Made by a program: the position numbers and the translations under genes. Positions 12,246 through 22,194 of a DNA stretch of 64,000 nucleotides are shown here, in pieces. This DNA is from an uncultured Methylomirabilota bacterium (GTDB lineage Bacteria > Methylomirabilota > Methylomirabilia > Methylomirabilales > 2-02-FULL-66-22). The notes beneath the pieces were generated by a model. The model was not told where the DNA came from, searched no databases, and saw nothing but the letters and a program-made list of their open reading frames with translations. Location: NCBI GenBank assembly GCA_963705305.1, contig OY970067.1, positions 1,376,001-1,440,000 of the forward strand, given 5' to 3'. Position 1 is the stretch's first letter, and every line of letters begins with the position of its first letter.

Positions 12246-12321
12246 GGGCAGGTAGCTCAGTTGGTAGAGCACGGGACTGAAAATCCCGGTGTCGGCAGTT
12301 CAATTCTGCCCCTGCCCACCA
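12246..12321 (+). tRNA. tRNA-Phe (GAA)
   Basis: Cloverleaf: GGGCAGG/CCTGCCC acceptor stem, GCTC/GAGC D arm, CGGGA-CTGAAAA-TCCCG anticodon arm, GGCAG-TTCAATT-CTGCC T arm, encoded CCA; 76 nt. Confidence 0.98.
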
Positions 12322-12370
12322 CCTTTTCGGCCGGAAATCCCGCACCTAGAGCGGGTTGTCCGGCCGAGTT

Positions 12371-12439
12371 GCTTTCCCGCTAACTCCCGCCAATTCCCGC
12401 AAATTCCCCGAGGTCCTGTACCGAAATCTGCACCGATAT
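12371..12439. repeat. Short tandem repeats next to tRNA 3' end (possible integrase arm-type sites)
   Basis: Four 10-bp units (gctttcccgc, taactcccgc, caattcccgc, aaattccccg), then CTGTACCGAAAT/CTGCACCGATAT tandem. Confidence 0.6.
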
Positions 12440-12491
12440 TCTTGTGTCATCCTCCCCCCGTACGAGCCCGAATCAGCGGCTTCTCGGCGGC

Positions 12492-13855
12492 TCAATCCCA
12501 GAACCGGCCCGTGCGGTGGATCTCCTCCAGGCGGCGCAGGGTCGGGCCGGGCGTGAAGTCGATGGTGGTGGTGAATCCGGAGGTCGCCTTCTGGTAGTAG
12601 TAGCCGAGCGTCGACGGGGGCGTGTACGGGCGCTCCTGGAGTGTCCCCGGGGCGGCCAGCTCGTGCTTGCCCGACGCAAACATCCGGGACAGCTCCCGGT
12701 CGGTCTCCTCGACGGCCCGGCGCTTCTCGGCCTTGACGGCCTCGGAGTCCCAGTCGAGCGGGATGAGGTTCTGGACGTCGGCACGCATCCGGGTGATCGT
12801 CTCGATCAGGACCTTGGTCTCGAGATCGCGGAGCTTGCTCTTGGTCCGCTCGACGACCACGGCCCGCTGCATCTCGTCGGCGAAGGCCACGTCCACCGCC
12901 CAGGGCATGCCCACGATCCGCACGGCCGCGGTGAGGTCCTGCAGGGCACTCCGGGAATAGAACAGGGTCTGCAACACGCTGGCGAGCCGCTCCAACTCGG
13001 TGATCCGCCGCTCCACCGGCACGCGGGGCGGCGCGTCCGCCGGCTTGTGGGCGGTGCTCACGCATCCCCACCCGTCCCCCTCGTATTTCCGGCACTTCGT
13101 CCCGGACTTGCAGTAGCCCCCGTCCCCGCAGGTCATGGAGCCAGCGGGCCGGCAGCCGTGTTCGCCGCATTCCTCCCCGGCCTGGCACGTGTAGCTCCCG
13201 CAGTCCACCGGGCCGTTCTTGACGCATCGCTCGTTCGCCCCGCAGTGGCTCCCCGCGGGGCAGGCGTAGCTCCCGCAGTCCACGGCGTCCGCCGCCATGC
13301 AGCCGCCGTCCTTCCGACAAACAGCCCCGGCCTTACAGATGTGGCCGTCCCCGCAGTCAGCCTCGTCGGGCTTCCGGCACCTCCCGCCCGAGGCGCAGAG
13401 GTCTCCCACCGGGCAGCTGTAAGTGCCGCAGTCGGTGGATCCGGGCTCCAGGCACCGGCCGCCCGAGGCGCATGACCGGTCGCTCGGGCAGGAATGGCCG
13501 TCCCCGCAGTCCCGTCGGCCCTGGTCCATGCAGATGTTTCGTGACCCGCAGAACATGCCGGAGCGGCAGTAGTGCCCCGCGCCGCACTCCATGCTCCCGA
13601 GCGGAATGCACCCGCCGGACGGCGCGCAGACCTCCCCTGCCCGGCAGAAGCGCCCGTTCCCGCAGTCGGTCATGTCCGGCGTCCGGCAGGTGCCGCCCGA
13701 GCCGCAGAGCTGTCCCACCGGGCAGCTAAAGGTCCCGCAGTCGGCCTCCCCGCGGCGCAGGCATCCGTACGGGCGGCAGGTGGACCCGGCGGCGCAGGCG
13801 GTGCCGTTGCCGCAGTCGACATCGGTGGGTGCGAGGCACCGGAACCGGGAACCGC
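12492..13855 (-). pseudogene. C-terminal part of a secreted Cys-rich repeat protein interrupted by IS21
   Basis: About 10 repeats of [DE]CG-x3-4-C-x5-C-x4-5-C plus a helical C-terminal domain; rejoins 16544-16892 in frame when the IS and one TSD copy are removed. Confidence 0.85.
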
Positions 13856-14027
13856 TGATTGTGTCAACCTGATTTGGCCCCTTTGTGATGCTCTGATTTG
13901 GTCCCACCTCCTTTCAGGGGATTAGTACTTGTGAGACAACGTCAGTATCCGTGTCCCATCCTCTATCAGGAGCATCAGCAGCATTCCCTCCGGTTCCCTA
14001 CACGTTGAGAGAGCAGCCTCGGCGCAC

Positions 14028-14897
14028 TCATCGGGCCTCCCGGGCATCATGTTGAGGAGAGATGGGGACCTCCTTGCCGGCTCCGGAGGCGGAGGGAGGA
14101 GGACTCTCCCGGGGGCGGGGCCTCGATCGGGTCTTCGGCTGCCGCTGCTCCAGGCTGCGGCGGAAGCGGTAGGACTCCGTCCCCGTGTCGATGATGTGCG
14201 CTCGGTCAGTGAGCCGGTCGAGCAGGGCCTTGCAGAGCCGGGCGTTGGGGAACACCGTGGTCCACTCCGAGAAGGGCAGGTTGGTCGTGGCGATCAGCGC
14301 GGCCTTCTCCGCCCGCTCGGCGATGAGCTGGAACAGGAGTTCGGCCCCGAGGTCCGCCACGGCCACGTAGGCCAACTCGTCGATGACGATCAGCTCGACG
14401 CGGGCCCAGCGGTTGATGACGCGGCTGAGCTGGTGCTGGTGCTGCGCTTCGACCAGGTCGTTGACGAGCGCCGCCGCGGTCGTGAAGCGCACCCGGCGCC
14501 GCTGCCGGCAGGCCGCCACCGCGAGGCCGATGGCGAGATGCGTCTTGCCGGTGCCGGGCTCGCCCAGGAAGAGGACCGGCTCCGCCTGCGCGAGGTACGC
14601 GCCCTCGGCCAAGGTCCGGACCGTGGCGGCCGGGATGGTGGGCGCCTCTGCGAAGGAGAACTCCTCCAAGGTCTTCAGGACGGGGAAGTGCGCCTCCTGG
14701 ATCCGGCGGTCGATGAGCCGGCGCGTCCGCTCCTCGACCTCGGCCCCGAGCAGGGCCTCGAGGTAGGTCAGGTGATCCTGCTGGGCCAGGGCGGCCTCGG
14801 TGGCGAGGCCGGCGCACTGGGCCCCCACCGCGGGCAGGTGGAGCTGCTTGCAGTGCTGGCGGATGACGGCGAGCCGGAGCTCCGTGGGGGCGCTCAT
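14028..14897 (-). CDS. istB: IS21 ATP-binding helper protein IstB
   Basis: '[11 protein letters not shown]', 'LIVIDELAY', 'TTNLPFSEW', '[13 protein letters not shown]'. Confidence 0.96.
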   Translation of the reverse strand: MSAPTELRLAVIRQHCKQLHLPAVGAQCAGLATEAALAQQDHLTYLEALLGAEVEERTRRLIDRRIQEAHFPVLKTLEEFSFAEAPTIPAATVRTLAEGAYLAQAEPVLFLGEPGTGKTHLAIGLAVAACRQRRRVRFTTAAALVNDLVEAQHQHQLSRVINRWARVELIVIDELAYVAVADLGAELLFQLIAERAEKAALIATTNLPFSEWTTVFPNARLCKALLDRLTDRAHIIDTGTESYRFRRSLEQRQPKTRSRPRPRESPPPSASGAGKEVPISPQHDAREAR

Positions 14898-16435
14898 GGC
14901 CGGCCCTCCCGGGCGCCCAGCAGTTGATCGTACCGCGCGACGCTCGGCTGCGGCCGGTCATAAGCGGCGAGGGGGCCGCCGACCTCCAGCGCCATCGGCG
15001 ATTGGCGCTCCAGCGTCGCCGCGGTGAGCAGGTACCGCACCGCCGCGGGATCGGCGGCCCCGCAGGCCAGGGCCTGCGCCACGCAGGGGGCCAGGCGCGC
15101 GTAGCCGTGCACCCGCCCGAGCTGGAGGAGGCCGATCATCGCCCGGGTGCCGGCCTGGTGCCCCTGGCGCGCCTGCAAGCGGGCCCAGAGTTCGTCGTAG
15201 CAGGCGGGCCACCGGCCCTGCGCCCGCCACTGGGCGAGCGGGGTCGCCCCGGCCAAGGCGCCCGGCTTGTGCACGAGCACGTCCAGGTAGTGCTCGAGGT
15301 CGAGGACCTGTTGCTGGCGGCCGTAGCAGCGCGCGTGGGTGGCGACGCGCTGCCCGGCGTGCCAGATCTCCACCCGGGTCGGGTAGACGCGGGCGTCGAC
15401 TTGGGTGCCGGGCCGCAGGGGGACCGAGTAGCCGTTCGTCCGCACCCGGACGCAGCCGAGGCCGTCCACCGTGGGGAAGCTCACCTCGGCGAGATCAAAA
15501 TCCTCGGCGGCCAGGGGCAGGAGGTGCGGCTGCTCGCGCTGCACGAGGACCCCGACCGGGTCGGCCCGGCCGGCGAGCACCCGCTGCTGGTCGGCCTGGC
15601 AGCCCTCCAGGAGCTGCGCGTTCAACGCGGCGAGGCCGGCGGCCACCGGGATCGGCACCCCGTGGTTGCGGCGGAAGTAGCCGGCTTCGCCTTCGATCCC
15701 GCCCTTCTCGTGGCCCGCCCCGGGGGTGCAGAACTCGGCGGCGAAGCGCCAGTGGGAGCGGAAGGCGATAAACCGGGTGGTCTGCTCGCGCTCCCGGCCG
15801 CGCAGGATCCGCTTGATCGCGAGCGGCAAGTTGTCGTACCGCAGGCGATGGAAGACCCCGCCAAAGTAGTGGAAGGCCAGTTCATGCGCCTCCAGGAACG
15901 CCTGCTGGGTGGCGTGGGTGTAGGCGCGGTGGAAGGCAGCGCCGCTCGCCATGCTGCGGAGGCCGAAGACCTGCAGGGGCTGCCGCACGCCGCCGAGCTC
16001 GGCCACCGCCTCGTACCAGTCGACCTGGCCCTCGCTGCCCCAGGCATAGCTCTGGGGGATGCAGGTCACCTTGCCGCTGAGCCCGAGCGCGCGCTTCTGC
16101 TCCCGCACGTACTCCCGCACGGTCGACTCCGCCACGGGGAAGCCCGGCAGTTCCTGGCGCAGCCGGTGGAAGATCCGCCGGGCCGTATGCCGCTGCTTGC
16201 GGGGCGCGGTGCGGTCGGCGGCCAGGATCGCATCAATGACCGGGATCACCGGGGCCAGCCTCGGCCGGGCGCGCTGCGCGCGCTTGCGCTCCGGCGGCAG
16301 CGCCTGGGCGGCGGCTTCCCGGACTAACCGGCGATGGACGCCGAACTTGCGGGCAACACCCCGGATGGTCCCGATCCCGAACTCGTACTCTCGGCGCAGC
16401 TGCTCGAACAGTTCCACTTTGCCTCTCCTCTCCAC
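14894..16435 (-). CDS. istA: IS21 DDE transposase IstA
   Basis: '[13 protein letters not shown]', 'GQVDW', 'LRYDN', 'HEKGGIEG', 'YSVP'; ATGA overlap with istB. Confidence 0.96.
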   Translation of the reverse strand: MERRGKVELFEQLRREYEFGIGTIRGVARKFGVHRRLVREAAAQALPPERKRAQRARPRLAPVIPVIDAILAADRTAPRKQRHTARRIFHRLRQELPGFPVAESTVREYVREQKRALGLSGKVTCIPQSYAWGSEGQVDWYEAVAELGGVRQPLQVFGLRSMASGAAFHRAYTHATQQAFLEAHELAFHYFGGVFHRLRYDNLPLAIKRILRGREREQTTRFIAFRSHWRFAAEFCTPGAGHEKGGIEGEAGYFRRNHGVPIPVAAGLAALNAQLLEGCQADQQRVLAGRADPVGVLVQREQPHLLPLAAEDFDLAEVSFPTVDGLGCVRVRTNGYSVPLRPGTQVDARVYPTRVEIWHAGQRVATHARCYGRQQQVLDLEHYLDVLVHKPGALAGATPLAQWRAQGRWPACYDELWARLQARQGHQAGTRAMIGLLQLGRVHGYARLAPCVAQALACGAADPAAVRYLLTAATLERQSPMALEVGGPLAAYDRPQPSVARYDQLLGAREGRP

Positions 16436-16543
16436 CGTCCCTCCGTTCTAGGGCTATGCCCCCGCCCAGAGTAGACGGCGATGGTCGAGAGGTGGGGCCA
16501 AATCAGAGCATCACAAAGGGGCCAATTGAGAGTATCAAACTCA

Positions 16544-16892
16544 GGGAACCGCACCGGAATCCGGGATCGCAGTACCCCCCGGAGCCGCACTCGGTAGCCC
16601 CCGGCGGCATGCACCCGCCGTTCGACATCAGCACCCAGCCCGGATCGCAGCGGGGGCCGCCCCCGCCGCTCCTGCCGGCGCCATTGCAGCTGATCGTATC
16701 GGCGTTCGGCACGCCCCCCATGCACTCGCACCAGCGGGCGTACTGCCGCCACCAGGCGGAGCCGAAGCCCTGGGGCGGGGCGCCGCAGCTCTGGGCGGCG
16801 GCCGGAGCAGCGACAGCCAGGGTGAGGAGGATGCCGAGCGTGACCAGGAGGCTAGCCTGGCCGAGTCGTCGTACGGGTAAGCGTCCGCGCAT
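16544..16892 (-). pseudogene. N-terminal part (signal peptide + first Cys modules) of the IS-interrupted Cys-rich protein
   Basis: GGAGG RBS; 'MRGRLPVRRLGQASLLVTLGILLTLAVAAPAAAQ'; 'TECGSGGYCDPGFRCGS' runs into the IS end. Confidence 0.85.
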
Positions 16893-17304
16893 GGGTGTCC
16901 TCCAGGACCAGGCCGAACCGCGGGAAGTCGTCGGTGGTCCTATCGGCCGTCGAGGGCTGGAGCAACCTGCCGATTCCTGCGGTCTGCATGCCTACAGCTT
17001 GCCGTGCGTATCCGGCGGCTGGATCCGGCCCGGCGTCGAGGGCCTGCCGGAGTTCTCGCAGGAAATCTCGCAAGGACGAGAGGACTGCGGGCAGGTCCGG
17101 GGCGCAGTCCTCCTCCAGGCTGGCCGCAGCAATCTCCAGATCGTTCACCAAGCTGCGCTCCCGGAGCCGCCAGGCATAGGGGAGACCCTTGAGGGCAGCA
17201 ATGGCCCCGCGGAACTCGGGAAGGAATTGCGGGATCGCCCCGTGACCGGCGGCGAGGAGGCCCAGGCACCGGTCGAGCCGGTCGAGGATCGACGCAATCG
17301 CCAC
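16852..17304 (-). CDS. Hypothetical protein
   Basis: GTG after AGGAGG, 12 bp from upstream stop; helical-looking; no motif recognised. Confidence 0.55.
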   Translation of the reverse strand: MAIASILDRLDRCLGLLAAGHGAIPQFLPEFRGAIAALKGLPYAWRLRERSLVNDLEIAAASLEEDCAPDLPAVLSSLRDFLRELRQALDAGPDPAAGYARQAVGMQTAGIGRLLQPSTADRTTDDFPRFGLVLEDTHARTLTRTTTRPG

Positions 17305-17316
17305 GCACCCTCCTCC

Positions 17317-18690
17317 TTAGCTCCGGGTATCCAGCCCCCACGCCAGCAGCGCGGCGAAGGGGCGCATGGCCAGGTGGACCAGTCCGGCCACGCCCGCGCC
17401 GAGCCACAGCGGGGGCCAGGCCTGGAGAGCGATATAGGCCAGGCCGACGAGCGCGGCAACAGTGAGCAGGGGGCTGTAATGGCTGAGAATGCCCACCAGG
17501 ACGCCCACGCCCCAGAGCAGGAACACGCTCACGAAGGCCATCCAGATCCCCGTGCCGAGTGACCACACCGCCGGATACCAGACCAGTTGGAGGCAGGCGG
17601 CCGCAACCAGCGCGGAGAACGCCAGGTGGGCGACCCATCCCGTCCGGTAGGCACTGAAGCCCTCCCGGCTGGGGATGCGAAAATACCAGGTCAATGGCCG
17701 TCGGATGGCATCGAGGCGGTCCCGGAATCCCAGCGGCGGAAGGGTCACCGACACCCCGGCCCGGGCCAGGGTCCGGAGGGCCCCCCGGACCTGGCGCCGC
17801 ACGCCGGGATCGGGGTCCGCCGCATGGGCGAGGAGCGGCCCCACGGCCTCGGGGCGTCCAGAGTTCCCGAGGAGATGCGCGGTCGCTATACGAAGCGCGG
17901 GCGTTGGGTCGTCAAGGTGCCGGGCGATCGCGGCTGGCCGGACCCCGGTCACCCCCCGCAGCCCCTCCAGGGGGCGGACGTGGTCTTTGAGGCGCTGCAT
18001 CACGTCCAGGATCGTTGGCATGTGCTCCGCGGCCCCGAGATCCACTAGGCACTCGGCCATTCCCCGAAGGATGAGTTCCGCCTTCTCCCCGGGGAGGGCC
18101 GCCGCGATGCGGGTGGCGGCCTCGGGGTGCCTGCTCGTTACCAGGGCGCGGGCCGCCGCATAGCGCGTCGCCGCGTCTGGATCGGAGAGGAGGGGGGCCA
18201 GGATTGAAAAGGCCGCCGGCCCGCCCAGCCGAGCTGCCGTGGCCAGGGCCGTGGCCCGCGCGGGATCCGTGCGGGTCTGGATGATCCGGGCGAGGTCGGG
18301 CAGGAGCGCGGCGCTGGCCCGTTCACCGAGGGCCGTCAGGGCCGCCTCCGCGGCAGACCGCTTGCCGGTCTCGGCGATGGTGAGGAGCGCTTTCCAGAGG
18401 GTGGGGTCCCGCGTGGACGCAAGGTGCCGGGCCGCCGCGAAGTCCGCGTAGCCCCCCTCGGCCACCGCCCGGAGCAGATGCGGGATTGTGGCGGGGGTCC
18501 CGATCCCGATCAGCACCCGGACGGCCGTCCCCTGGGTCGAGACGTCGGCCTCGGGGGTGAAGAGGACGGCCGCCACCGGCTCGATGGCCGCCTCCCCCAG
18601 GGCGAGGAGGCGCGCCTCGGCGCGGCGCTGCCGGCGGGTGAAGGGCCGCCGCAGATCCCTCAGGAGCTGTCGCAGGCTGGTGGCGTTCAC
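17317..18690 (-). CDS. HEAT/PBS-lyase repeat protein with C-terminal multi-TM domain
   Basis: Repeats such as 'LLSDPDAATRYAAARAL', 'DPDPGVRRQVRGAL'; about four TM helices at C-terminus. Confidence 0.8.
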   Translation of the reverse strand: MNATSLRQLLRDLRRPFTRRQRRAEARLLALGEAAIEPVAAVLFTPEADVSTQGTAVRVLIGIGTPATIPHLLRAVAEGGYADFAAARHLASTRDPTLWKALLTIAETGKRSAAEAALTALGERASAALLPDLARIIQTRTDPARATALATAARLGGPAAFSILAPLLSDPDAATRYAAARALVTSRHPEAATRIAAALPGEKAELILRGMAECLVDLGAAEHMPTILDVMQRLKDHVRPLEGLRGVTGVRPAAIARHLDDPTPALRIATAHLLGNSGRPEAVGPLLAHAADPDPGVRRQVRGALRTLARAGVSVTLPPLGFRDRLDAIRRPLTWYFRIPSREGFSAYRTGWVAHLAFSALVAAACLQLVWYPAVWSLGTGIWMAFVSVFLLWGVGVLVGILSHYSPLLTVAALVGLAYIALQAWPPLWLGAGVAGLVHLAMRPFAALLAWGLDTRS

Positions 18691-19580
18691 GGGCAGTCCC
18701 CCATCCCGGGGAGTTGGCGCTGCATCCTCGCGATCTCCTCCTCACTCACCTGGGCCACCACGGGGGCGTCGGGCGGGCAGGGCGTCTGCCGGTCGTGGAC
18801 CGCGATCATGCGGATCTTCTCCGAGGCGTCCGCCCGGGTCGAGGGCTGGGTGGTGAGGAGGTTGTACGGGAAGAAGGGGAAGCGCGTGCCCGGAAACATG
18901 AGGAGGGTGAACCCGCTGCCGTCGGGAGCGTACTCGATGCTCGCGCTGGCCGGGAGCCGCACGGGGCAGGTGCTCCCGGCCGGGCGGTCCCCCGGGATGC
19001 GGCGCACCTGGGCGCGTCCCGTCCGCGCCTGCTCCTCACGGGCCACGGCCAGCTGGTACGCCACGAATTCCCGAAGGGCCTGCTGACGGGGGCCGTCGGG
19101 GCGCGGCCAGTAGCCCACGAAGGCCACCACCAGCCCAAGCAGGAAAGCCGTCCCAAGGAGCAGGACCGCTCCCGCGGGCACCAGGCGGTGCGAGGACGCC
19201 CTGGCGAGGTGGACGGGCCGCTCGCGCCCGGGGCGGGCCTGGAGCCCCCACCGGACCATCTGGACGCCGCGCTGGAGCGCAAGGGCCCCGAAGATGGCCG
19301 CCACGAGGAAGGCGATCCCGCCGCTCGCCCCGGACAGGAGGATGGCGAGGACGGCGCTCGCGGTCCGCAGGACGCGCCAGCGGCAGGCGGTGGGGCGCAG
19401 CGCGCGGAGGATCGCGTAGGCGCCCCCGGCCAGGCTGAGGACGATCATGAGGGGGAGGAGGCCCACCTCGGCCAGCAGGAGCTGGGGGCCGGGCGGCTGG
19501 TTCGCCTCGGCGGCAGTCGCGGGTCCGATCAGGGCAACGGCTCCGAGCACGGCAAGCAATCGGCTGCGGCGGTAGGTCAT
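18687..19580 (-). CDS. Hypothetical membrane protein with signal peptide
   Basis: 'MTYRRSRLLAVLGAVALIGPATAAEA', TM segments, two Cys in C-terminal domain; overlaps neighbours by 4 bp on each side. Confidence 0.65.
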   Translation of the reverse strand: MTYRRSRLLAVLGAVALIGPATAAEANQPPGPQLLLAEVGLLPLMIVLSLAGGAYAILRALRPTACRWRVLRTASAVLAILLSGASGGIAFLVAAIFGALALQRGVQMVRWGLQARPGRERPVHLARASSHRLVPAGAVLLLGTAFLLGLVVAFVGYWPRPDGPRQQALREFVAYQLAVAREEQARTGRAQVRRIPGDRPAGSTCPVRLPASASIEYAPDGSGFTLLMFPGTRFPFFPYNLLTTQPSTRADASEKIRMIAVHDRQTPCPPDAPVVAQVSEEEIARMQRQLPGMGDCP

Positions 19581-20216
19581 GGATGGCCCCCCTTCGCGAC
19601 ATCTGGCAGCGGCTCCCAGGCAAAGCGCCAGTCGTCCGGCGGCATGAAGTCCCTCCGCTCGAATGCCCATCCCGTCGCGGTGCGCTCCAGCGGGTAGCTG
19701 CTCCGTTGCAGCCGCACGCCCTCGGTCGCAACCGTGTAGGTGGCCGCCGCCAGCGGGCGGCGCCAGGGCCGCGTCGTGGTCAGGAGGTACCGGCCCTCGT
19801 GGGTCGGCGCGTGCTGCCGGTAGTCCACGCTGACCTGGACCTCTTCCAACGGGCCGAAGCGCAGCTCCGCCCCGATCGCGCCGAGCACGGTGCGGACCGG
19901 GAGGGGCTCCGGGCGCGGCGTGAGCCGGGCAACCGCGACCTCCGTCGGGATCGGGTGCTCGCGATCCACGGGCAACGGGACGGCAAGCCCCTGGACGACA
20001 GGCACCGGCCAGGGATTCCGGTACACGTAGACCCCGTGCACGCGGACCTCGTCGGGGGCGAGGGTGACGTTCGATCCGCTCGCGGACGAAGCGCACGGTG
20101 GGCACGAGTCCGGCCAAAAACGGGAGGAGGCAGAGCAGGGCCACCGCCGCCAGCCACGGTCCCGCCGTGTCCGCCAGCGAGGCGCGGTCGCCGCGAGTTC
20201 GCGCGCCGGTGGTCAT
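19577..20216 (-). pseudogene. Exported beta-rich protein (DUF4424-like), single-base frameshift near 20070
   Basis: Removing one base joins 'TVRFVRERI' to 'DVTLAPDEVRVHGVYVYRNP...YLLTTTRPWRRPL'; both ends ATGA-coupled. May be a sequencing error. Confidence 0.6.
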
Positions 20217-20635
20217 CGGATCTCGAATCCTCCCTGCCGGCAGAAGGCGATCAGCTCCCGGATGGCCGCCTTGTTCGGGCCGCTCAGGGCCTCGATGGGC
20301 GAGATCGGCGCCCCGACCGGGACCAGGACGCTCGTGGGCCGGTCCTCCGGCCCCTCGGTGACGGCCTTGTGTCCCGCCGCGTAGGCGTCCGGGAGGTCGG
20401 GCAGGCCCCGCTCGAGGGCGGCGGCCAGGGCGCGGGCATCGGCGTCCTGCACCCGCTGGTTGCCGTTCAACGTATAGTTCCCGTCCCAGGCGGCGCGCTC
20501 CTCCTCGTCCGCCTCCTCGGCGGGGAGGGTCCCCGCCGGCGCCCACCCGTAGAGCTGGGCGAACTTCAGGACCTCGGCCCAGACGTACACGGTGAAGGAC
20601 AGGTACTCTTTTCCGCGCACCAAGTCGATGGACAT
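20213..20635 (-). CDS. Hypothetical protein
   Basis: 'WAEVLKFAQLYGWAPAGT...WDGNYTLNGNQRVQDADARALAAAL...GGFEIR'; natural composition, coupled to next gene. Confidence 0.7.
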   Translation of the reverse strand: MSIDLVRGKEYLSFTVYVWAEVLKFAQLYGWAPAGTLPAEEADEEERAAWDGNYTLNGNQRVQDADARALAAALERGLPDLPDAYAAGHKAVTEGPEDRPTSVLVPVGAPISPIEALSGPNKAAIRELIAFCRQGGFEIR

Positions 20636-20876
20636 GTTACCGCCGCCATGCCATATATCGGCACTTGCCTGGCGGTCCGCCAAGGGTGCCGTCACCGGCT
20701 TATTCCTTGGGCCAGACCTGCTTGCCACTCCGGTCGGTGTAGCGGAGCGCCTTACTCCCGGGCAGCTCCAGCTGGGCGAGCTCGCCGTCCTGTCCTGTCT
20801 CCGTATCGACTCTCGAGGGTGCCCCGAGCACCGGGACACACCCCTTCCCCGAACGGCTCTTTCTGCCCGCTCGCAG

Positions 20877-21194
20877 CTAGAGCAGCGACCAGACCACGAC
20901 CACCCCGACGAACCAGAACAGCGACCCTACGACGACTAGGCGGTCCCTCCAGAACACTCCCCAGGACGGGTTGTTGGTCTTGCCATAGAGGTAGCTCCCC
21001 AGCCGGTTGAGGCCCACCCAGACGACGGGGCAGGTGAAGAACAGGAGCCCGATGAGCGCCAGCACCTCGTTGCCCGTCCCGAACAGCGCGGGATTGGTCG
21101 GGGGCTGCGCGGCCGCCGCACCGGCGCGGAGACCCAGGGCCAGCCCTAGTTCCGCCCCCGCCCAGGGTCTCCGAAAGCATCTCCGTCGGTGCAC
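20877..21194 (-). CDS. Small hypothetical membrane protein
   Basis: GTG after GAGGAGG; signal-like N-terminus and two TM helices. Confidence 0.55.
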   Translation of the reverse strand: MHRRRCFRRPWAGAELGLALGLRAGAAAAQPPTNPALFGTGNEVLALIGLLFFTCPVVWVGLNRLGSYLYGKTNNPSWGVFWRDRLVVVGSLFWFVGVVVVWSLL

Positions 21195-21237
21195 GTGCGG
21201 CCTCCTCTCTGGCGGGCCGGGACGCCCGGCCACCCTC

Positions 21238-21798
21238 CTACCGGCCCTCCCGGTCGGCGCCCGTGGCCGGACCCGCCTTCCACGGCTGCCGGTCGAGCAC
21301 GTCCTGGATCGTCCGGACGAGGGCCTGGACCGCGGGGGTGGCCCTGGAGACGACCCCGTACCGGAACTCGCGGGACGCTCCGTCCACGCTCACCACCAGC
21401 GTGTGGCCGCAGGCGTCGGGGGTGGGCCGGGCCCCGAGGCAGGGCGGCCGGTCCTCGTCCGGGAGCACCGTCGTCTGCGCCGTCCGGCTGGCCTCCGCGA
21501 TGTGCGTCAGGTCCGCGTGCGAGAGCCGCTTCCAGCGGTCCGGCTTCGCGGGGGCGGGCGCGGCTCCGTGGGATGCCGTGAAGAGCTGGACCAGGCCGGT
21601 CGGATCCACCGTGAGGAGCGTCCGGCGCACCGTACGCGGGCGGATGGTGCGGAGCGCAATGCGCGGCCCGGAGGCCACGGTGGTGATGGGGGCGGCCCCG
21701 GCCACCCTGGCACCGCACGGGGCGAAGAGCAGGGGGCCGGCGGCAAGCAGGATGGCGAGCGACCATCGGCGAGCCACGGTGTTCCTCCGCCAGGGCAT
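21238..21798 (-). CDS. Secreted hypothetical protein, possible emfourin/DUF6438-like fold
   Basis: Signal peptide; 'PDACGHTLVVSVDGASREFRY...TPAVQALVRTIQDVL'. Confidence 0.6.
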   Translation of the reverse strand: MPWRRNTVARRWSLAILLAAGPLLFAPCGARVAGAAPITTVASGPRIALRTIRPRTVRRTLLTVDPTGLVQLFTASHGAAPAPAKPDRWKRLSHADLTHIAEASRTAQTTVLPDEDRPPCLGARPTPDACGHTLVVSVDGASREFRYGVVSRATPAVQALVRTIQDVLDRQPWKAGPATGADREGR

Positions 21799-21803
21799 CG
21801 CGC

Positions 21804-22157
21804 TTACCAGACCACTTGGACGCCCGAGCAGTGGTCCTTGATCCAGCGCCAGTCGGCGCAGGCGGGCGCGCTCGGCTGGTTCACCTTCGGCATGCAGTCG
21901 AGGATGCCGGGTTTCGGACAGGCCTTCGACCCCTCCGGCGGCTCGGTCGCTGCGGGGGGCTTGGTGCCCTTGTCGTCCTTCACCTCCGGAGCGGGGAGAT
22001 CCTTGATCGTCGGCGTGAGCGTCGGCGGCGATAAGGGGACGAGCTGCGCGACCGGGGTGGCGGGCGGCTCGCCCGCCAGGGCCGGTGCCGGGAGGAGGAG
22101 GGCTGCGCCGGTCAGGAGGAGCACGGCTCCGACAAGGCAGCGGGTTCCGTGTCGCAT
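21804..22157 (-). CDS. Secreted Pro-rich protein with C-terminal four-Cys domain
   Basis: AGGAG RBS; signal peptide; 'CPKPGILDCMPKVNQPSAPACADWRWIKDHCSGVQVVW'. Confidence 0.75.
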   Translation of the reverse strand: MRHGTRCLVGAVLLLTGAALLLPAPALAGEPPATPVAQLVPLSPPTLTPTIKDLPAPEVKDDKGTKPPAATEPPEGSKACPKPGILDCMPKVNQPSAPACADWRWIKDHCSGVQVVW

Positions 22158-22194
22158 GACCTTGGTCTCCTTTGTCTCGCCACCAGGGCGGCGC

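Larger units (their letters stand above)
13856..16543 (-). mobile_element. IS21-family insertion sequence (2688 bp)
   Basis: TG...CA ends; ~55-bp imperfect terminal IRs sharing TTGGCCCCTTTGTGATGCTCTGATTTGGYCCCACCTC; flanked by GGGAACCGC at 13847-13855 and 16544-16552; carries istA and istB. Confidence 0.96.

Noticed and set aside
12492..13855. Periodic DNA (ccgcagtc every ~75 bp) as a CRISPR array
   Set aside because: Periodicity comes from the protein's DCG repeats; no constant-length DNA repeat and no cas genes
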